Source: Escherichia phage vB_EcoM_SA21RB. From it: a stretch of 64,000 nt of DNA. Under the pieces are notes generated by a model. It ran no database searches. It was given only the letters and a program-made list of their open reading frames with translations, and had not been told where the DNA came from. Below, in pieces: positions 25,953 through 36,826 of this stretch. The first letter of the stretch is position 1; the number at the start of each line of letters is the position of its first letter. The position numbers were made by a program, and so were the translations under genes. The stretch lies in sequence record OL960580; one strand, given 5' to 3'.

Positions 25953-28649
25953 TCAGCCAAACAGGAAGTCTAACGAAGCTTTTTCTTCATAGTCCATACC
26001 CGCCGATTCACACATACCCGCAAGCGGTTTAACAAACGATTTTTGGAACAAAGTTGAGTAGTCAATCCAAGATAGTACGTCAGAGCGAATTTCTTTTGGA
26101 AGTTCCGTACCCGACGGCCAAGCAATACACTTGTCACCAAATGGATTTCCCTCACGTAATGGAAGAACCATTACCTTATTTCCATCCAAAATTGGAGCTA
26201 CACCTAAACCACTAACAGCTCGACGATAAGTTAGTACACCACGAATATGGAACGGGCATTTAAACCCTGGCCAACCTTTATCGTCATATTTCGCTATATC
26301 GTTCGCGGTTTTTACTTCAGCAATAACTTTATAGTCAAGTTGACGGTATTCTTTCTCAAAGTTCTTATAGTATTCTTGGACAGACTCTTCGCCTTCCTGA
26401 AGAATACGACGAATACTTTCTTCGAGAGCTTCTTGTACTGCTTTTGGTGTTGAACTCTGCTGAGTTTCCATACCCATGATTTTTAGATGCGGTTCAGCAA
26501 ATCGCTTATCTTCCATATCATAAACGTTCAGAGCATAACGTTTTTTCGCTTTCCAAAATCCACCAACACCCTTTGAACCAAGTGGAGGGCAAGAAATAGC
26601 TTCACGGTCCATATGCATCAGATGCTCGCGGTTATTCATATAATCACATAACTCACGATATGCAACATCAATCATAGGTTCCATCTTTTTCTTACCAAAC
26701 TGATTCATGAATTCAACTAAATCATTTTGTTCTTTAAAGCGGTCAAGACCTACTTTTTCAATTACTTTATCTACACAAACATATACCGAATCAGTATCAC
26801 CCGCGGCGATGAAATCTTCACCATCAGTTCCACATACTTTATTCAGATATTCATTAATTTTGCGAGCAATCCACTGAATACCGACTTGACCGAAAATTGT
26901 GATAGCAGTAGCATTTCGCAAATCATAGTAACGGAAATGAATATTACCAAGAGCACCATAAAGACTGTTGATAAGAATTTTACGGTTCAGCTGATTTGTG
27001 TTAGCAAGTGTAGCTGCTTTTTCACATTCTTCGATCAGACTATTAAGAACAGATTCAGTGTAATTCGATAATTCGTTTAAGAAATCATCACTGAACTTAA
27101 CATATCGTTCAACTTCTGGTTTAGTTGAGCAAGACCCTGCACCTTTCATAATAATCTTTTTAATAGCTTCGGCATTCATTTCTTCAGCGAACATTTTCTT
27201 TTTCCAATCTTTACGCTGGAAAAATACTTTAGCGATTTCCTTTGGAATGATACCTTCTTGGTGCTTATCATACATCCATCCATTCGGAGAGCAAGAATAT
27301 TCATCACTTGGCTTAGGAGCTGTTCCTGCGATATATTCATGAATTGGATGAACTTTAAACTGTCCACGAATAGTCTCAGGACTAATGTTAACCTGACGAA
27401 TAATGCTAGGATACAGAGATGTCAAGTCAAAACTCATAATGTATCGACGGGCAATCGGTTTAGGTTCAAACACAAATGCGCCTGGAAAACTCTGCTTAAC
27501 GTGCGAACCTTGTTGAGGAATAACCTTATGTTCACTTTTCAGTGAGTTAAAAATAATAGCATCCCAAGTTTTAATAGGACTCATTACACCAGAAAAAGGC
27601 ATTTTAGCATAATAAGACATACTTAAAACTAGATCGATAAACCCACGAATTTTATCAATTGCTTGAACTGATTCTACGTCAATAATGTTATAACTAATGT
27701 ATCGTTGATGATTAGTCTCACGAAGTTTATTAATAGGACCATCGTACGGCAATTTACCTTTTTTGGTTTCATGTTGAGCAACTGATTCCAAAGAGAATGA
27801 TGGCAAATTAGTAAATGCGAATTTCTTGTACAAATCTAAATAATCAAGAATAGATACGCCATCAATAGAATAAATTTCTTTGCTACCGTACATATTTTGA
27901 ATTAGTTTAGATTTTACTCGACCGATTGGAGAGAAGCGTTTCATACTACGTTCACCAAGAACCATTTTAACGCGATTCATGATATACGGAACGTCAAATC
28001 CCTCAATATTCCAACCAGTAAAAATAGCAGGTCGTTTCTGTTCCCAGAGATTAATATATTCCATGAGCATATCACGCTCATTATCAAATGGCATATAAAT
28101 TACTCGGTCAAGAATTTCTTGAGGAACTTCATCACCACCTTCACAGTCAAGTTTAGCAGCTAACTTTGCATCCCATTTTGATACTGAACCGTACATTGAA
28201 TTCAACAAATCAAAGACGTAAAAACGGTCGTCAATTGAATCATAATGAGTGATAGCATCAATTTCATATTCTGCTTTCATTGGGTCAGGAAATTTATCGC
28301 CAGTAACCTCAATGTCACAGTTAGCTACACGAACAAATTTTCGGTCATAAACAATTTCTGAACCATATGTATCACTGATATAAGCGAGTTTAAAATCGTT
28401 CATACCAAGAGCTTCGAGACCGATGTCTTCCATTCGCTTCATCCAGTCTCGTGCATCTTTCATTGATGGAAATTTTTGAGGAGCACAGTTTTTACCATAA
28501 ATGTCTTTGTATTTTGACTCTTCCTTACAATGCCTAAACATAGTTGGAAGATATTCTACTTCACGAGTACGTTCCTTTCCATTTTCATCAATATAACGCT
28601 CAACAATGTTATTTCCGACTGTTTCGATAGAGATATAAAATTCTTTCAT
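25953..28649 (-). CDS. 43: DNA polymerase (family B)
   Basis: 898 aa; MKEFYISIETVGNNIVERYIDENGK...; exonuclease and polymerase motifs (YGDTDS); matches T4 gp43. Confidence 0.97.
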   Translation of the reverse strand: MKEFYISIETVGNNIVERYIDENGKERTREVEYLPTMFRHCKEESKYKDIYGKNCAPQKFPSMKDARDWMKRMEDIGLEALGMNDFKLAYISDTYGSEIVYDRKFVRVANCDIEVTGDKFPDPMKAEYEIDAITHYDSIDDRFYVFDLLNSMYGSVSKWDAKLAAKLDCEGGDEVPQEILDRVIYMPFDNERDMLMEYINLWEQKRPAIFTGWNIEGFDVPYIMNRVKMVLGERSMKRFSPIGRVKSKLIQNMYGSKEIYSIDGVSILDYLDLYKKFAFTNLPSFSLESVAQHETKKGKLPYDGPINKLRETNHQRYISYNIIDVESVQAIDKIRGFIDLVLSMSYYAKMPFSGVMSPIKTWDAIIFNSLKSEHKVIPQQGSHVKQSFPGAFVFEPKPIARRYIMSFDLTSLYPSIIRQVNISPETIRGQFKVHPIHEYIAGTAPKPSDEYSCSPNGWMYDKHQEGIIPKEIAKVFFQRKDWKKKMFAEEMNAEAIKKIIMKGAGSCSTKPEVERYVKFSDDFLNELSNYTESVLNSLIEECEKAATLANTNQLNRKILINSLYGALGNIHFRYYDLRNATAITIFGQVGIQWIARKINEYLNKVCGTDGEDFIAAGDTDSVYVCVDKVIEKVGLDRFKEQNDLVEFMNQFGKKKMEPMIDVAYRELCDYMNNREHLMHMDREAISCPPLGSKGVGGFWKAKKRYALNVYDMEDKRFAEPHLKIMGMETQQSSTPKAVQEALEESIRRILQEGEESVQEYYKNFEKEYRQLDYKVIAEVKTANDIAKYDDKGWPGFKCPFHIRGVLTYRRAVSGLGVAPILDGNKVMVLPLREGNPFGDKCIAWPSGTELPKEIRSDVLSWIDYSTLFQKSFVKPLAGMCESAGMDYEEKASLDFLFG

Positions 28650-28651
28650 AG

Positions 28652-28686
28652 ATATTCCTTAGTTTATAGCCCGAGTTATTAGGCTC
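28652..28686 (-). promoter_or_regulatory. gene 43 translational operator
   Basis: minus RNA GAGCC-UAAUAACUCG-GGCU hairpin with AAUAACUC loop, then AAGGAA SD and ATG. Confidence 0.7.
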
Positions 28687-28709
28687 TTGATATATTATAC
28701 TCCAAATAA

Positions 28710-28723
28710 GGGGCCGAAGCCCC
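28710..28723 (-). other. intercistronic C(UUCG)G hairpin between regA and gene 43
   Basis: minus RNA GGGGC-UUCG-GCCCC; TATAAT-like -10 just downstream. Confidence 0.45.
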
Positions 28724-28727
28724 TTGC

Positions 28728-29096
28728 TTAATTACCAATCGTATATTTAGGAACGAGTTTCCATTCATGTTTTTGTTTAAAAGAAATAACTCGGAAGTTA
28801 TTGGTTAAATCTTTCATAAAAGTTCTTTGACCAGGAACGATTTCAATCAGCCCCCAATCTTCTAACAGCCATGCAATCGAATCACGACGAACTTCATCTT
28901 CTTCTGTCATTTCAACCTGGCGGCCATCCATACGAAGCATTTCTTTAAAATGAACGATATAGTATAGTCCTTTTTTCTGAAGAATGTGGCAGGACTGATA
29001 CAGAACTTTATCTTTATTATTAGCAATTCCCATACGAGTCAAAGTTTCTTTTACTTTCAGAAAATCTTCAGGTTTTTTAAGAGTAATTTCAATCAT
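28728..29096 (-). CDS. regA: RegA translational repressor
   Basis: 122 aa MIEITLKKPEDFLKVKETLTRMG...; length and position (62-regA-43) as in T4. Confidence 0.85.
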   Translation of the reverse strand: MIEITLKKPEDFLKVKETLTRMGIANNKDKVLYQSCHILQKKGLYYIVHFKEMLRMDGRQVEMTEEDEVRRDSIAWLLEDWGLIEIVPGQRTFMKDLTNNFRVISFKQKHEWKLVPKYTIGN

Positions 29097-29097
29097 T

Positions 29098-29661
29098 TTA
29101 CCATTCCAATGCTAGTTTTTTGAGTTGTTTCTGTTCTTTTACGTTCTTAGTCACTTCTTTCAAAAAATCATCCGTGACTAAACCTTTTAGTTCTTTTAAT
29201 ACTAAAGGAAGTTTTCCATTTTTAGTAAGAATTGATTTATAATTAATTGCATCATTTGTATTAACTTGATACCGCTTAGCAAGTAACTTAATAATCAATA
29301 CTTCGGTAGAATCTTCGACAAGTTTTGCCCATTTACCATATCTTTTACCCCGAGGAACAGCAGCCATCAGATAATTAAAATGGGCTTCATCGCTTAAACC
29401 TGATCCAATTAAATTCATAGCATATACAGCTGGCATGCATTCAGGAAATTGTGATAATGCATTCTCAACCATGTATTTTGAATAATCTTTTTGAGCAATA
29501 GAGCATTTAGTTTTATTATTGATAGCTCCAATTATTTCAAAAAATTCATTTTCAGCTTTTTCTTTAAAAGAATCAGCAGCGGATTGGACAGCTGTCCAAT
29601 CTTTTGAATACCAAGCAACTTGATGCTCGTTTAATTGAATATCATCTTCAAATAAGCTCAT
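29098..29661 (-). CDS. 62: clamp loader small subunit
   Basis: 187 aa; immediately downstream of gene 44. Confidence 0.85.
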   Translation of the reverse strand: MSLFEDDIQLNEHQVAWYSKDWTAVQSAADSFKEKAENEFFEIIGAINNKTKCSIAQKDYSKYMVENALSQFPECMPAVYAMNLIGSGLSDEAHFNYLMAAVPRGKRYGKWAKLVEDSTEVLIIKLLAKRYQVNTNDAINYKSILTKNGKLPLVLKELKGLVTDDFLKEVTKNVKEQKQLKKLALEW

Positions 29662-29662
29662 A

Positions 29663-30622
29663 TCACTTCCATTGCATTTCGCATGCCAATTGAATGAAAA
29701 GATATGCTAAATGTAATTCCGTATTAGCCGCAATTCCGTGATACTGGTTATTTTCACCAACAATTTCATACATACGAATAATACTTTGCGGAGTTACGCG
29801 TGTATAGATTTCTTCGGCAAGTTTACCAACGAACCACGAATAATCAGCCGCATATTTTGGTGCTAAAGCTCTGAGTTGTTTAACATCTTTATTTTTGAGA
29901 GACTCAAGAACATCATCAATAGCACCACGATCGTTAGTAACCAGTGATAAAATACCAGCATCCAAAACACCTTTAGACGAATAACTATCGAGCTCGCCAA
30001 TAGTTTTACGAAAATCAGGAAAATTCTTTTTAACCAAAGCTGCTACAACTTTCATATCAGCTATAGCAATTCCTTCATGCTTACAGATTTCAGTCAATCG
30101 GCGAATCATCTGCTTCATCATTTCAATTTTATCTTCATCGGTTGGTTGACCGAACGTAATAACTCGGCAGCGTGACTGAAGCGGTTTAATAATACCATCA
30201 ATATTGTTAGCAGTAATAATAATACTACAGTTTGAACTATAAGCTTCCATAAAGGAACGAAGATGTCGCTGAGACTCTGCTAACCCTGAACGGTCAAATT
30301 CATCAATAACGATTACTTTTTGACGACCATCAAATGAAGCTGCACTAGCAAAATTAGTCAAAGGACCGCGAACGAAATCAATTTTACAATCTGACCCATT
30401 CACAAACATCATATCAGCATTTACATCATGGCACAATGCTTTTGCTACGGTTGTTTTACCTGTTCCTGGAGAAGGAGAATGAAGAATAATATGTGGAATC
30501 TTACCTTTACTTGTAATAGATTTAAAGGTTTCTTTGTCAAAGGCGGGAAGAATACATTCATCGATAGTAGATGGACGATATTTCTGTTCAAGAATGTGTT
30601 CTTTTTCATTTACAGTAATCAT
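29663..30622 (-). CDS. 44: clamp loader large subunit (AAA+)
   Basis: ORF track extends 5 codons upstream; ATG 30622 gives 319 aa [20 protein letters not shown]...; Walker A GTGKTT. Confidence 0.95.
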   Translation of the reverse strand: MITVNEKEHILEQKYRPSTIDECILPAFDKETFKSITSKGKIPHIILHSPSPGTGKTTVAKALCHDVNADMMFVNGSDCKIDFVRGPLTNFASAASFDGRQKVIVIDEFDRSGLAESQRHLRSFMEAYSSNCSIIITANNIDGIIKPLQSRCRVITFGQPTDEDKIEMMKQMIRRLTEICKHEGIAIADMKVVAALVKKNFPDFRKTIGELDSYSSKGVLDAGILSLVTNDRGAIDDVLESLKNKDVKQLRALAPKYAADYSWFVGKLAEEIYTRVTPQSIIRMYEIVGENNQYHGIAANTELHLAYLFIQLACEMQWK

Positions 30623-30656
30623 AATTTCCTCATTCAAGTTTTAGTGTAAATTATAA

Positions 30657-30670
30657 AGGGCCGAAGCCCT
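30657..30670 (-). other. intercistronic C(UUCG)G hairpin between genes 45 and 44
   Basis: minus RNA AGGGC-UUCG-GCCCU, 4 nt after the gene 45 stop. Confidence 0.45.
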
Positions 30671-30673
30671 CTA

Positions 30674-31360
30674 TTAAAAATCGTGGGTAGAATCAGCTTC
30701 AAGAGCTACTACATAATTCGCGTGTTCACCTTCAAATTTAGCAGCGCCTTGTTTACCTTTTGCCCAGAGCAGAAGTTTATAATTTCCCGGTTGCATTTTC
30801 ATATTTGCCATATTGATAATGAAATTAAATGTATTTTCACCATCATAATCACCAAGAGTCAAAGAATATTTAACACGAGTCAAAGCAGAATCTTCTACTT
30901 TATTAAAACCGTTAATTACGATTTTACCTTCTTTTACTGTGATAGCAATTGTATCAATCTGCAGACCACGAGATACACGCAACAGCTGTTGAAGGTCTTC
31001 AGCTTTAATTTCAGTAACAACAGATGCTACCGGGAATGGAATTGGTTTATTAGGAGCAACTACTGTACTCGGATCGGCTGCTGGCCAAAAAATTGTTGAA
31101 CGGGCATCAGCAATTTTAATATTTCCATCTTCTGACTGGGAAATTTCTGCATCGTCATTAACTAGAGACAGAATACCGAGAAAACCATTCAAATCGTAAA
31201 TTGCTACATCAAAATCAATAGTGTCAGAAATATTTGCTTCTGCATAAGTTGTACCATTAACTGCGCGAGTCATAATAAATTGACCAGATTTAAGCATAAT
31301 ACCAGAGTTAATAGTAGCGAAATTTTTAAGCAGAGCAGTAGTATCTTTAGACAGTTTCAT
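30674..31360 (-). CDS. 45: sliding clamp
   Basis: 228 aa MKLSKDTTALLKNFATINSGIML... matches my memory of T4 gp45. Confidence 0.93.
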   Translation of the reverse strand: MKLSKDTTALLKNFATINSGIMLKSGQFIMTRAVNGTTYAEANISDTIDFDVAIYDLNGFLGILSLVNDDAEISQSEDGNIKIADARSTIFWPAADPSTVVAPNKPIPFPVASVVTEIKAEDLQQLLRVSRGLQIDTIAITVKEGKIVINGFNKVEDSALTRVKYSLTLGDYDGENTFNFIINMANMKMQPGNYKLLLWAKGKQGAAKFEGEHANYVVALEADSTHDF

Positions 31361-31391
31361 GTAATTTCCTTCATTTCAAATGAGATTTAAT

Positions 31392-31415
31392 TTTATAACT
31401 AATTTAATAAAGCAA
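31392..31415 (-). promoter_or_regulatory. middle-type promoter for gene 45
   Basis: minus strand TTGCTTTA (MotA box), about 10 nt, TATAAA. Confidence 0.45.
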
Positions 31416-31805
31416 TTAACGATTAAAATCAGCAGCAATTGTTTCTGCAACAATTTGAGCAGCAACAATTAGACGTTCATCTGCATTACCGCAATAATCA
31501 TCTTCAAGGCGTTCACCGCATGAAGTCATAATAAATTTAGCACCAGCATTTAGAGATTCTGTCGTATGTTTGCGCATTAGTTCAATCCATTTATCACTCA
31601 CTTCACGATCGATAGCTTCATAATACGCATGACGAGCAGGTGCAGATTTAATTTTATTCTGAATAACTTCCATTGCGTTATCAGAAAGAGACAAAACCCA
31701 TGCTCGACGAATTTTATTTTGGTTTTGTGGATTTGAATCAGAACGCACGTGTTTTGGCTGAATATCTTTTACATCAACAGTATAATTCACAGTAATTTTA
31801 GTCAT
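31416..31805 (-). CDS. rpbA: RNA polymerase binding protein RpbA (by position and size)
   Basis: 129 aa ORF directly upstream of gene 45. Confidence 0.65.
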   Translation of the reverse strand: MTKITVNYTVDVKDIQPKHVRSDSNPQNQNKIRRAWVLSLSDNAMEVIQNKIKSAPARHAYYEAIDREVSDKWIELMRKHTTESLNAGAKFIMTSCGERLEDDYCGNADERLIVAAQIVAETIAADFNR

Positions 31806-31814
31806 AATACACCT

Positions 31815-32003
31815 TTAGTCATAATAATCAGTAACAGTCCAAGCTTCATTCCTGTTGGACATTATTTTCGTATATTCTGATTTAAATGCATTCTTAAGCA
31901 TAGATTCAGTAACTATATGCTCTTCATTAGAAAAATTATTTCTCAGAATATATCGTTTTATTTCAGGAATAGTTAATAGATGCTGTCCAGTTGAATATTC
32001 CAT
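31815..32003 (-). CDS. small hypothetical protein (position of T4 45.2)
   Basis: 62 aa, ATG start. Confidence 0.5.
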   Translation of the reverse strand: MEYSTGQHLLTIPEIKRYILRNNFSNEEHIVTESMLKNAFKSEYTKIMSNRNEAWTVTDYYD

Positions 32004-32058
32004 GTTTTTCCTCCATAGAGATTATACTCTAATAAATTAAAGCATAATCTCTTATAAA

Positions 32059-33741
32059 TTAAACCATTACAGTAAATCGACCAACTTTCTTCATTTGAAG
32101 ATGCTGACCATATGCTTGTGGGTCATGGTCTCTATGCGAAATAACAAAAACGTTAGTATTTTTTAAACTATCTAAAATAGTTGAAATAGCTTTTACACCT
32201 TCAACATCGGTCGCTGAATCAAAAACTTCATCAAGAATTAATGTGTTTATTTTAACACCTGAAACTTTTTCAGCAATATCACGCCAAGTAAATAAAAGAG
32301 CAATATCAATTCGTGCTTTTTCACCTTGACTAAATGAAGCATAACTAAAATCTTCACGACCACGGGATTTAATTGTCTCATTAAATTCTTCATCTAATGT
32401 AAACACATAATCCGCTTCCATTATTTTAAGATAATGGTTAATCTGCTTATTAAATAATGGAATGTACTTTTTAATAATAGCACCTTTAATACCAGAATCT
32501 TTGAGCATATCAGTCAAAATTCCTCTGTGGTATTTTTCCATTACTAAATTAGTTTTTGTCTTAACAATTTTATCAAGTTCTTCTTGAAGCAGTGCTATTT
32601 CATCAGCATGGTCAATAAACTCAGATGATGCTTTTTCTATAGCCGCTTTAACTTTTTTAGCTTTATCTACCGTCGTGATTAAGGATTGCTTTTTATTGCG
32701 AATATCATTTGCCAACGTCTGCTGGGTTTTAATATTATCTCGGTATTCGTCAACAAGAACTTTTAAATTATCACGATGTGTTGAAAGCTGTTCAAATGAA
32801 TGCGTGCATTCAGAAACTTTATCTTTAATTTTAGAAACAACTTTATCACCGGAACTTAATTGTGACAAACAGGTTGGACATAATCCACCTTCGTGATACA
32901 TATTAATGACTTTATTATACGAGTCAATTTTTGATTTAATTAAAAATGCTTCTTGACCGATTTTATTAAATGCATCAGTCGGGTCTTCATCCAAAACAAT
33001 ATTAACTAATCTTTCATTAGCTTCTTCTATTTCCGATTTTAGCGTTCTAGCTTCTTTTGCCAAATCATCATACATATTCTGTAGACGAGTAAGGTTATCA
33101 CCTGTTAATTTTTTCTGACGTTCAACGTTATCATTATATATTTTAATTTGTTGGATAATACTATCTTTTTTAACATCAAGCACTTGGTTTTGTGAATTTA
33201 ATTCACGTATTAGTGCTTTATTAAGCTTATCCATTTCAGCTAATGTTCCTACCTCAAGCAGGTCTTCCACAAGCTTTCTTCGCGCAGGGGTCGACAAACC
33301 CATGAAAGGGGTATACCCTGCTGTACCAAGGACAACAATCTGCTTGAAACTGGCATATGACATTCCGATAAGCTGTTCAAATTCTGCTTGGAAATCTTTA
33401 CTGCTGGCAGATTCATTAAGACGTGTACCGTTAACGGTGATTTCGAAAACGTTTGGTTTTTGTCCTCTTTTGATATAGTACTTTTTCTCATCATATTCCA
33501 TCCACAGTTCAACTAAAAGTTCTTTCTTATTTGTGCTGTTTATTAATTGGCCTTTCTTTACATCACGAAATGGCTTGCCAAAAAGCCCAAATGTGATGGC
33601 TTCTAACATAGTAGACTTACCACCGCCATTTCGTCCAGTAATAAGAGTTTTTTGAACCTTATCTAGTTGAATGTCAATAGGATTTCCACCTACTGACATT
33701 ATATTTTGATACCTAACTCGATTTAGTTTAAAATTCTTCAC
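32059..33741 (-). CDS. 46: recombination endonuclease subunit (SbcC/Rad50-like)
   Basis: 560 aa; Walker A GRNGGGKST, zinc hook CPTC, coiled coils, C-terminal Walker B LILDEVFD; first codon reads GTG. Confidence 0.93.
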   Translation of the reverse strand: MKNFKLNRVRYQNIMSVGGNPIDIQLDKVQKTLITGRNGGGKSTMLEAITFGLFGKPFRDVKKGQLINSTNKKELLVELWMEYDEKKYYIKRGQKPNVFEITVNGTRLNESASSKDFQAEFEQLIGMSYASFKQIVVLGTAGYTPFMGLSTPARRKLVEDLLEVGTLAEMDKLNKALIRELNSQNQVLDVKKDSIIQQIKIYNDNVERQKKLTGDNLTRLQNMYDDLAKEARTLKSEIEEANERLVNIVLDEDPTDAFNKIGQEAFLIKSKIDSYNKVINMYHEGGLCPTCLSQLSSGDKVVSKIKDKVSECTHSFEQLSTHRDNLKVLVDEYRDNIKTQQTLANDIRNKKQSLITTVDKAKKVKAAIEKASSEFIDHADEIALLQEELDKIVKTKTNLVMEKYHRGILTDMLKDSGIKGAIIKKYIPLFNKQINHYLKIMEADYVFTLDEEFNETIKSRGREDFSYASFSQGEKARIDIALLFTWRDIAEKVSGVKINTLILDEVFDSATDVEGVKAISTILDSLKNTNVFVISHRDHDPQAYGQHLQMKKVGRFTVMV

Positions 33742-34001
33742 AAAAGATTCCTTTTAATGTATCTTTTAGACCATTCTATCATATCATCATAATCTAAAAA
33801 GTATTCATCAAATTCAGCCATGCAAACAACACCTTGTGCTGCTTTTGATGTGATATAAATTATTCCAACATATCTAGAATCTTCTTCGGTGTAATCAATA
33901 TTTGCTATGAATTCATCGTTAATGTCAAATGTCGAAAACTTCACAGTATGCATCCTTAATACAAGATACAGCCATATCTTGTAATGATTTAGGTGTGTCA
34001 T
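33738..34001 (-). CDS. small hypothetical protein
   Basis: 87-aa ORF between 47 and 46; N-terminus overlaps the next ORF, start uncertain. Confidence 0.45.
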   Translation of the reverse strand: MTHLNHYKIWLYLVLRMHTVKFSTFDINDEFIANIDYTEEDSRYVGIIYITSKAAQGVVCMAEFDEYFLDYDDMIEWSKRYIKRNLL

Positions 34002-34188
34002 TATCTAAAATGTTGAAGTTAAAAGATACAGCCCAGTCAGTGCAGACCGTAACCTTTTTAATACAATTATCTTCAACCTCTAACGGTTCAAACCAATATT
34101 CAATAATTTCTTTATGACCAATATCATCTTTTACTTCGCATTCAAAATGCTGGCTCATCATAACATTTTTAAATTCATCAAAAGTCAT
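33925..34188 (-). CDS. small hypothetical protein
   Basis: 87 aa, ATG start; overlaps the gene 47 stop region. Confidence 0.45.
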   Translation of the reverse strand: MTFDEFKNVMMSQHFECEVKDDIGHKEIIEYWFEPLEVEDNCIKKVTVCTDWAVSFNFNILDNDTPKSLQDMAVSCIKDAYCEVFDI

Positions 34189-35204
34189 TGTGTTGCCTCT
34201 ACATATAACTGATTTGCATATTGAATAAGTGCTTCGCGGTCAGAATCAGTGATGTCTGGAATTGCATTAATGTATTCTTCCATCAACGTCTGAAGAGATT
34301 GAACTTCAACTTCTTCACTATCATCTGACTCGACAGAGTTATCAATCTTTGACACAACTCGTAATGAATGCACAACTTTTTCTAGTTCAGATTCGAACTT
34401 CGTCAGATTTTTGTCTACCTCAGTTACTATAACACGTACTGATAGATTTGTAAAATCTTTATAGTCAATTTTTCCCTTAAATGGATATTGAATTCGACGA
34501 TGCCAGGTAGTGTTGTTTGGAATAAATTCCATTCGTTCTGTTTCTGTATCAAACACCCAGAACCCACGAGGGTCATTCTCGTCACCTGCAGTTAGTGTCC
34601 ATGGTGTCCCAATATATCTGACGTTAGCAGCCTCAGAGATAGTATGGAAGTGACCAGACCACACCTCTTTATAAGTCTTAAGGAAATCAGGTTCAAGACC
34701 GTGAGATTTCATTCCTTTATAAAAATAAAATCCATTCAGTTCCCAGTGACCAACACAAAAAGAAGCAGATGAAGTTTTGATGTGTTCAAGAATTTCACCA
34801 GTATTTTCTTCGCACATCCAAGGAATTAAATCAATCAAACATCCGTCAAAATCTACTGTAGTAGGCTTATCATATACTTTAACATTAGGATATTTAGCCA
34901 AAAGCTCAGTAGAAGCATTTGGAGTTAAAGTATTTTTAAAGTGCATATCATGGTTTCCTACAACAGTATGCAGGGTAATACCAGCATCATCAAGCATTTG
35001 AACTATTTCACGGGCGAACTCCATAGTTTTATGCGTGATTGCTTTTCGCACATCAAAAATATCGCCGTATTGAATCCATGTAGTAATTCCATTTTTCTTA
35101 GAATATTCTATTGCTTGTTTAATTCCATCCAACTGAATGGATTGAATCCACTCATCATCGGCTTTAACACCTAAATGCCAATCACCTAAATTTAAAATTT
35201 TCAT
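34185..35204 (-). CDS. 47: recombination endonuclease subunit (SbcD/Mre11-like)
   Basis: 339 aa; calcineurin-like phosphoesterase motifs (GDWHLG, GNHD). Confidence 0.93.
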   Translation of the reverse strand: MKILNLGDWHLGVKADDEWIQSIQLDGIKQAIEYSKKNGITTWIQYGDIFDVRKAITHKTMEFAREIVQMLDDAGITLHTVVGNHDMHFKNTLTPNASTELLAKYPNVKVYDKPTTVDFDGCLIDLIPWMCEENTGEILEHIKTSSASFCVGHWELNGFYFYKGMKSHGLEPDFLKTYKEVWSGHFHTISEAANVRYIGTPWTLTAGDENDPRGFWVFDTETERMEFIPNNTTWHRRIQYPFKGKIDYKDFTNLSVRVIVTEVDKNLTKFESELEKVVHSLRVVSKIDNSVESDDSEEVEVQSLQTLMEEYINAIPDITDSDREALIQYANQLYVEATQ

Positions 35205-35360
35205 ATATCAAGAACCGTCATTGAAATGCAAAATAAAATTATTGAAATAAACCCATCTGGTGTGCTAAAGAACCCAATCCAACATGCTCTAGTGAATAGA
35301 TAAAACGCAAGAAAAAGTATCACATATCCAAGAAATATCATTATATCAAACTCCGTATAA

Positions 35361-35378
35361 AGCTAAAGGGCCGAAGCC
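35361..35378 (-). other. C(UUCG)G hairpin at the 3' end of alpha-gt
   Basis: minus RNA AAAGGGC-UUCG-GCCCUUU immediately after the alpha-gt stop. Confidence 0.45.
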
Positions 35379-35380
35379 CT

Positions 35381-36583
35381 TTATTTTGTAATAATGTCAA
35401 ACTGCTCTTTAAAGCAGAAGCTTGAATCTTGATGCTGATACAAAAATTCATATGCTTTTTCTCGCTCACGATCATAAAGAGCTCGGTCAGATGACAGTTC
35501 TTTAATACGTTCAAATGTTGATTCCATATCATTTTCATCAAACCAAATGATACCGCTATCATGCGAGGTCAAAGGAGTATTATCAACACGGAATTTTAAA
35601 TTTTCGCCAGTAGATTTCCAAAATACCGGAATTGTTCCACATGCACCAAGCTCGAGATGAGTATATTCTAAAGAACGTTGTAGATATTTTTTATCTAATT
35701 TACTCAGCTGATAACCAAATCCGGATTTACTCATGCGTTCAAGCATTTCGCTATTTACATAACGGTCGAGAATTTGCGTTGGCAAATTAGGAGCAATTTT
35801 AATTTGGTCTACTTGATGAAGACGATAATACTCGTATGGAATTCCTTTTTCTTTAATAGGAATGAATGCTGGAGAACGTTCCAGACCTTCCATAATAGTA
35901 CTTAGTCCTGCAGGTTTAAGATGTTTTTCGTGAAAATCAAACATCTGATAAAAGCCTTTCCATGTAGTAGTACGACCAATCCAACGGTTGATATTCATGT
36001 TAATTTCAGAAACATCTTTCCAGTAAGTTGATCGAACCTTCGCAATATCCATAGGAGGCTGGAAGTTATATACGGTCGGTGCTTCTTCAATATCATCAAA
36101 CAGAGAAACAGTTTCCGGATACCATTCTTTCATCAGAACTTTATTAAAATCACCATTATCAGAATGACTAAAAATAACATCAGCTCGACGAACAGTTTCT
36201 TCTAATCCCAAATTTCGACGTAAAGAAAGAGAAGAATGGTCATGTTGATAAACTACAACACGAACCGAAGGTTTAATGTTATCAATAATTTTTTTATAGT
36301 TATTAATTGTGTCTTCTTCGACTGAAGTAGCAGGAACTGAATTGATAATTAGAATATCACAATCATTTACCAGCTTAAGTGTTTTATCGTATTCTTTTGC
36401 CAATAAAACCGGAATTGAAAATGACTTATAATCATGCGCGCAATTACGAGTAAATGATTTATCTTTAGCATAAACCAAAGTTACTTCATGACCATTTTTA
36501 ATAAACCAATCACGCTGCTCAAGAGAAAATTTAGTTACGCCACAACCTTCAAGACCTCGAGCCATAAAAATGCATACTTTCAT
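35381..36583 (-). CDS. a-gt: alpha-glucosyltransferase (hmC DNA)
   Basis: 400 aa; ...CIFMARGLEGCGVTKFSLEQRDWFIKNGHEVTLVYAKDKSF... matches my memory of T4 Agt. Confidence 0.9.
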   Translation of the reverse strand: MKVCIFMARGLEGCGVTKFSLEQRDWFIKNGHEVTLVYAKDKSFTRNCAHDYKSFSIPVLLAKEYDKTLKLVNDCDILIINSVPATSVEEDTINNYKKIIDNIKPSVRVVVYQHDHSSLSLRRNLGLEETVRRADVIFSHSDNGDFNKVLMKEWYPETVSLFDDIEEAPTVYNFQPPMDIAKVRSTYWKDVSEINMNINRWIGRTTTWKGFYQMFDFHEKHLKPAGLSTIMEGLERSPAFIPIKEKGIPYEYYRLHQVDQIKIAPNLPTQILDRYVNSEMLERMSKSGFGYQLSKLDKKYLQRSLEYTHLELGACGTIPVFWKSTGENLKFRVDNTPLTSHDSGIIWFDENDMESTFERIKELSSDRALYDREREKAYEFLYQHQDSSFCFKEQFDIITK

Positions 36584-36633
36584 TTAATATCCTCATTGTT
36601 TTGGTTTATTTTACCAAAAATTTATAAAGCAAT

Positions 36634-36653
36634 ATAGGAGCCGAAGCTCCTAT
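36634..36653 (-). other. C(UUCG)G hairpin
   Basis: minus RNA AUAGGAGC-UUCG-GCUCCUAU followed by AU-rich sequence. Confidence 0.4.
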
Positions 36654-36823
36654 CCGCATAATACACCATACAGAGGCTCATTAGAGCTTCTAAATTTTAT
36701 ACGCTTATATGTTATAGTTCCTTCTGCTTTAGCTTTATCATGAGATTCTTTAAAGCGTCTCATCATTTCTACTTTAGAGGAACGAATTTTATTATAATCT
36801 ATTTCACAAGTCTGGGCGTTCAT
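36650..36823 (-). CDS. possible small basic protein
   Basis: 57-aa ORF below the track cut-off (MNAQTCEIDYNKIRSSKVEMMRRFKESHDK...); no obvious SD. Confidence 0.3.
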   Translation of the reverse strand: MNAQTCEIDYNKIRSSKVEMMRRFKESHDKAKAEGTITYKRIKFRSSNEPLYGVLCG

Positions 36824-36826
36824 CTT

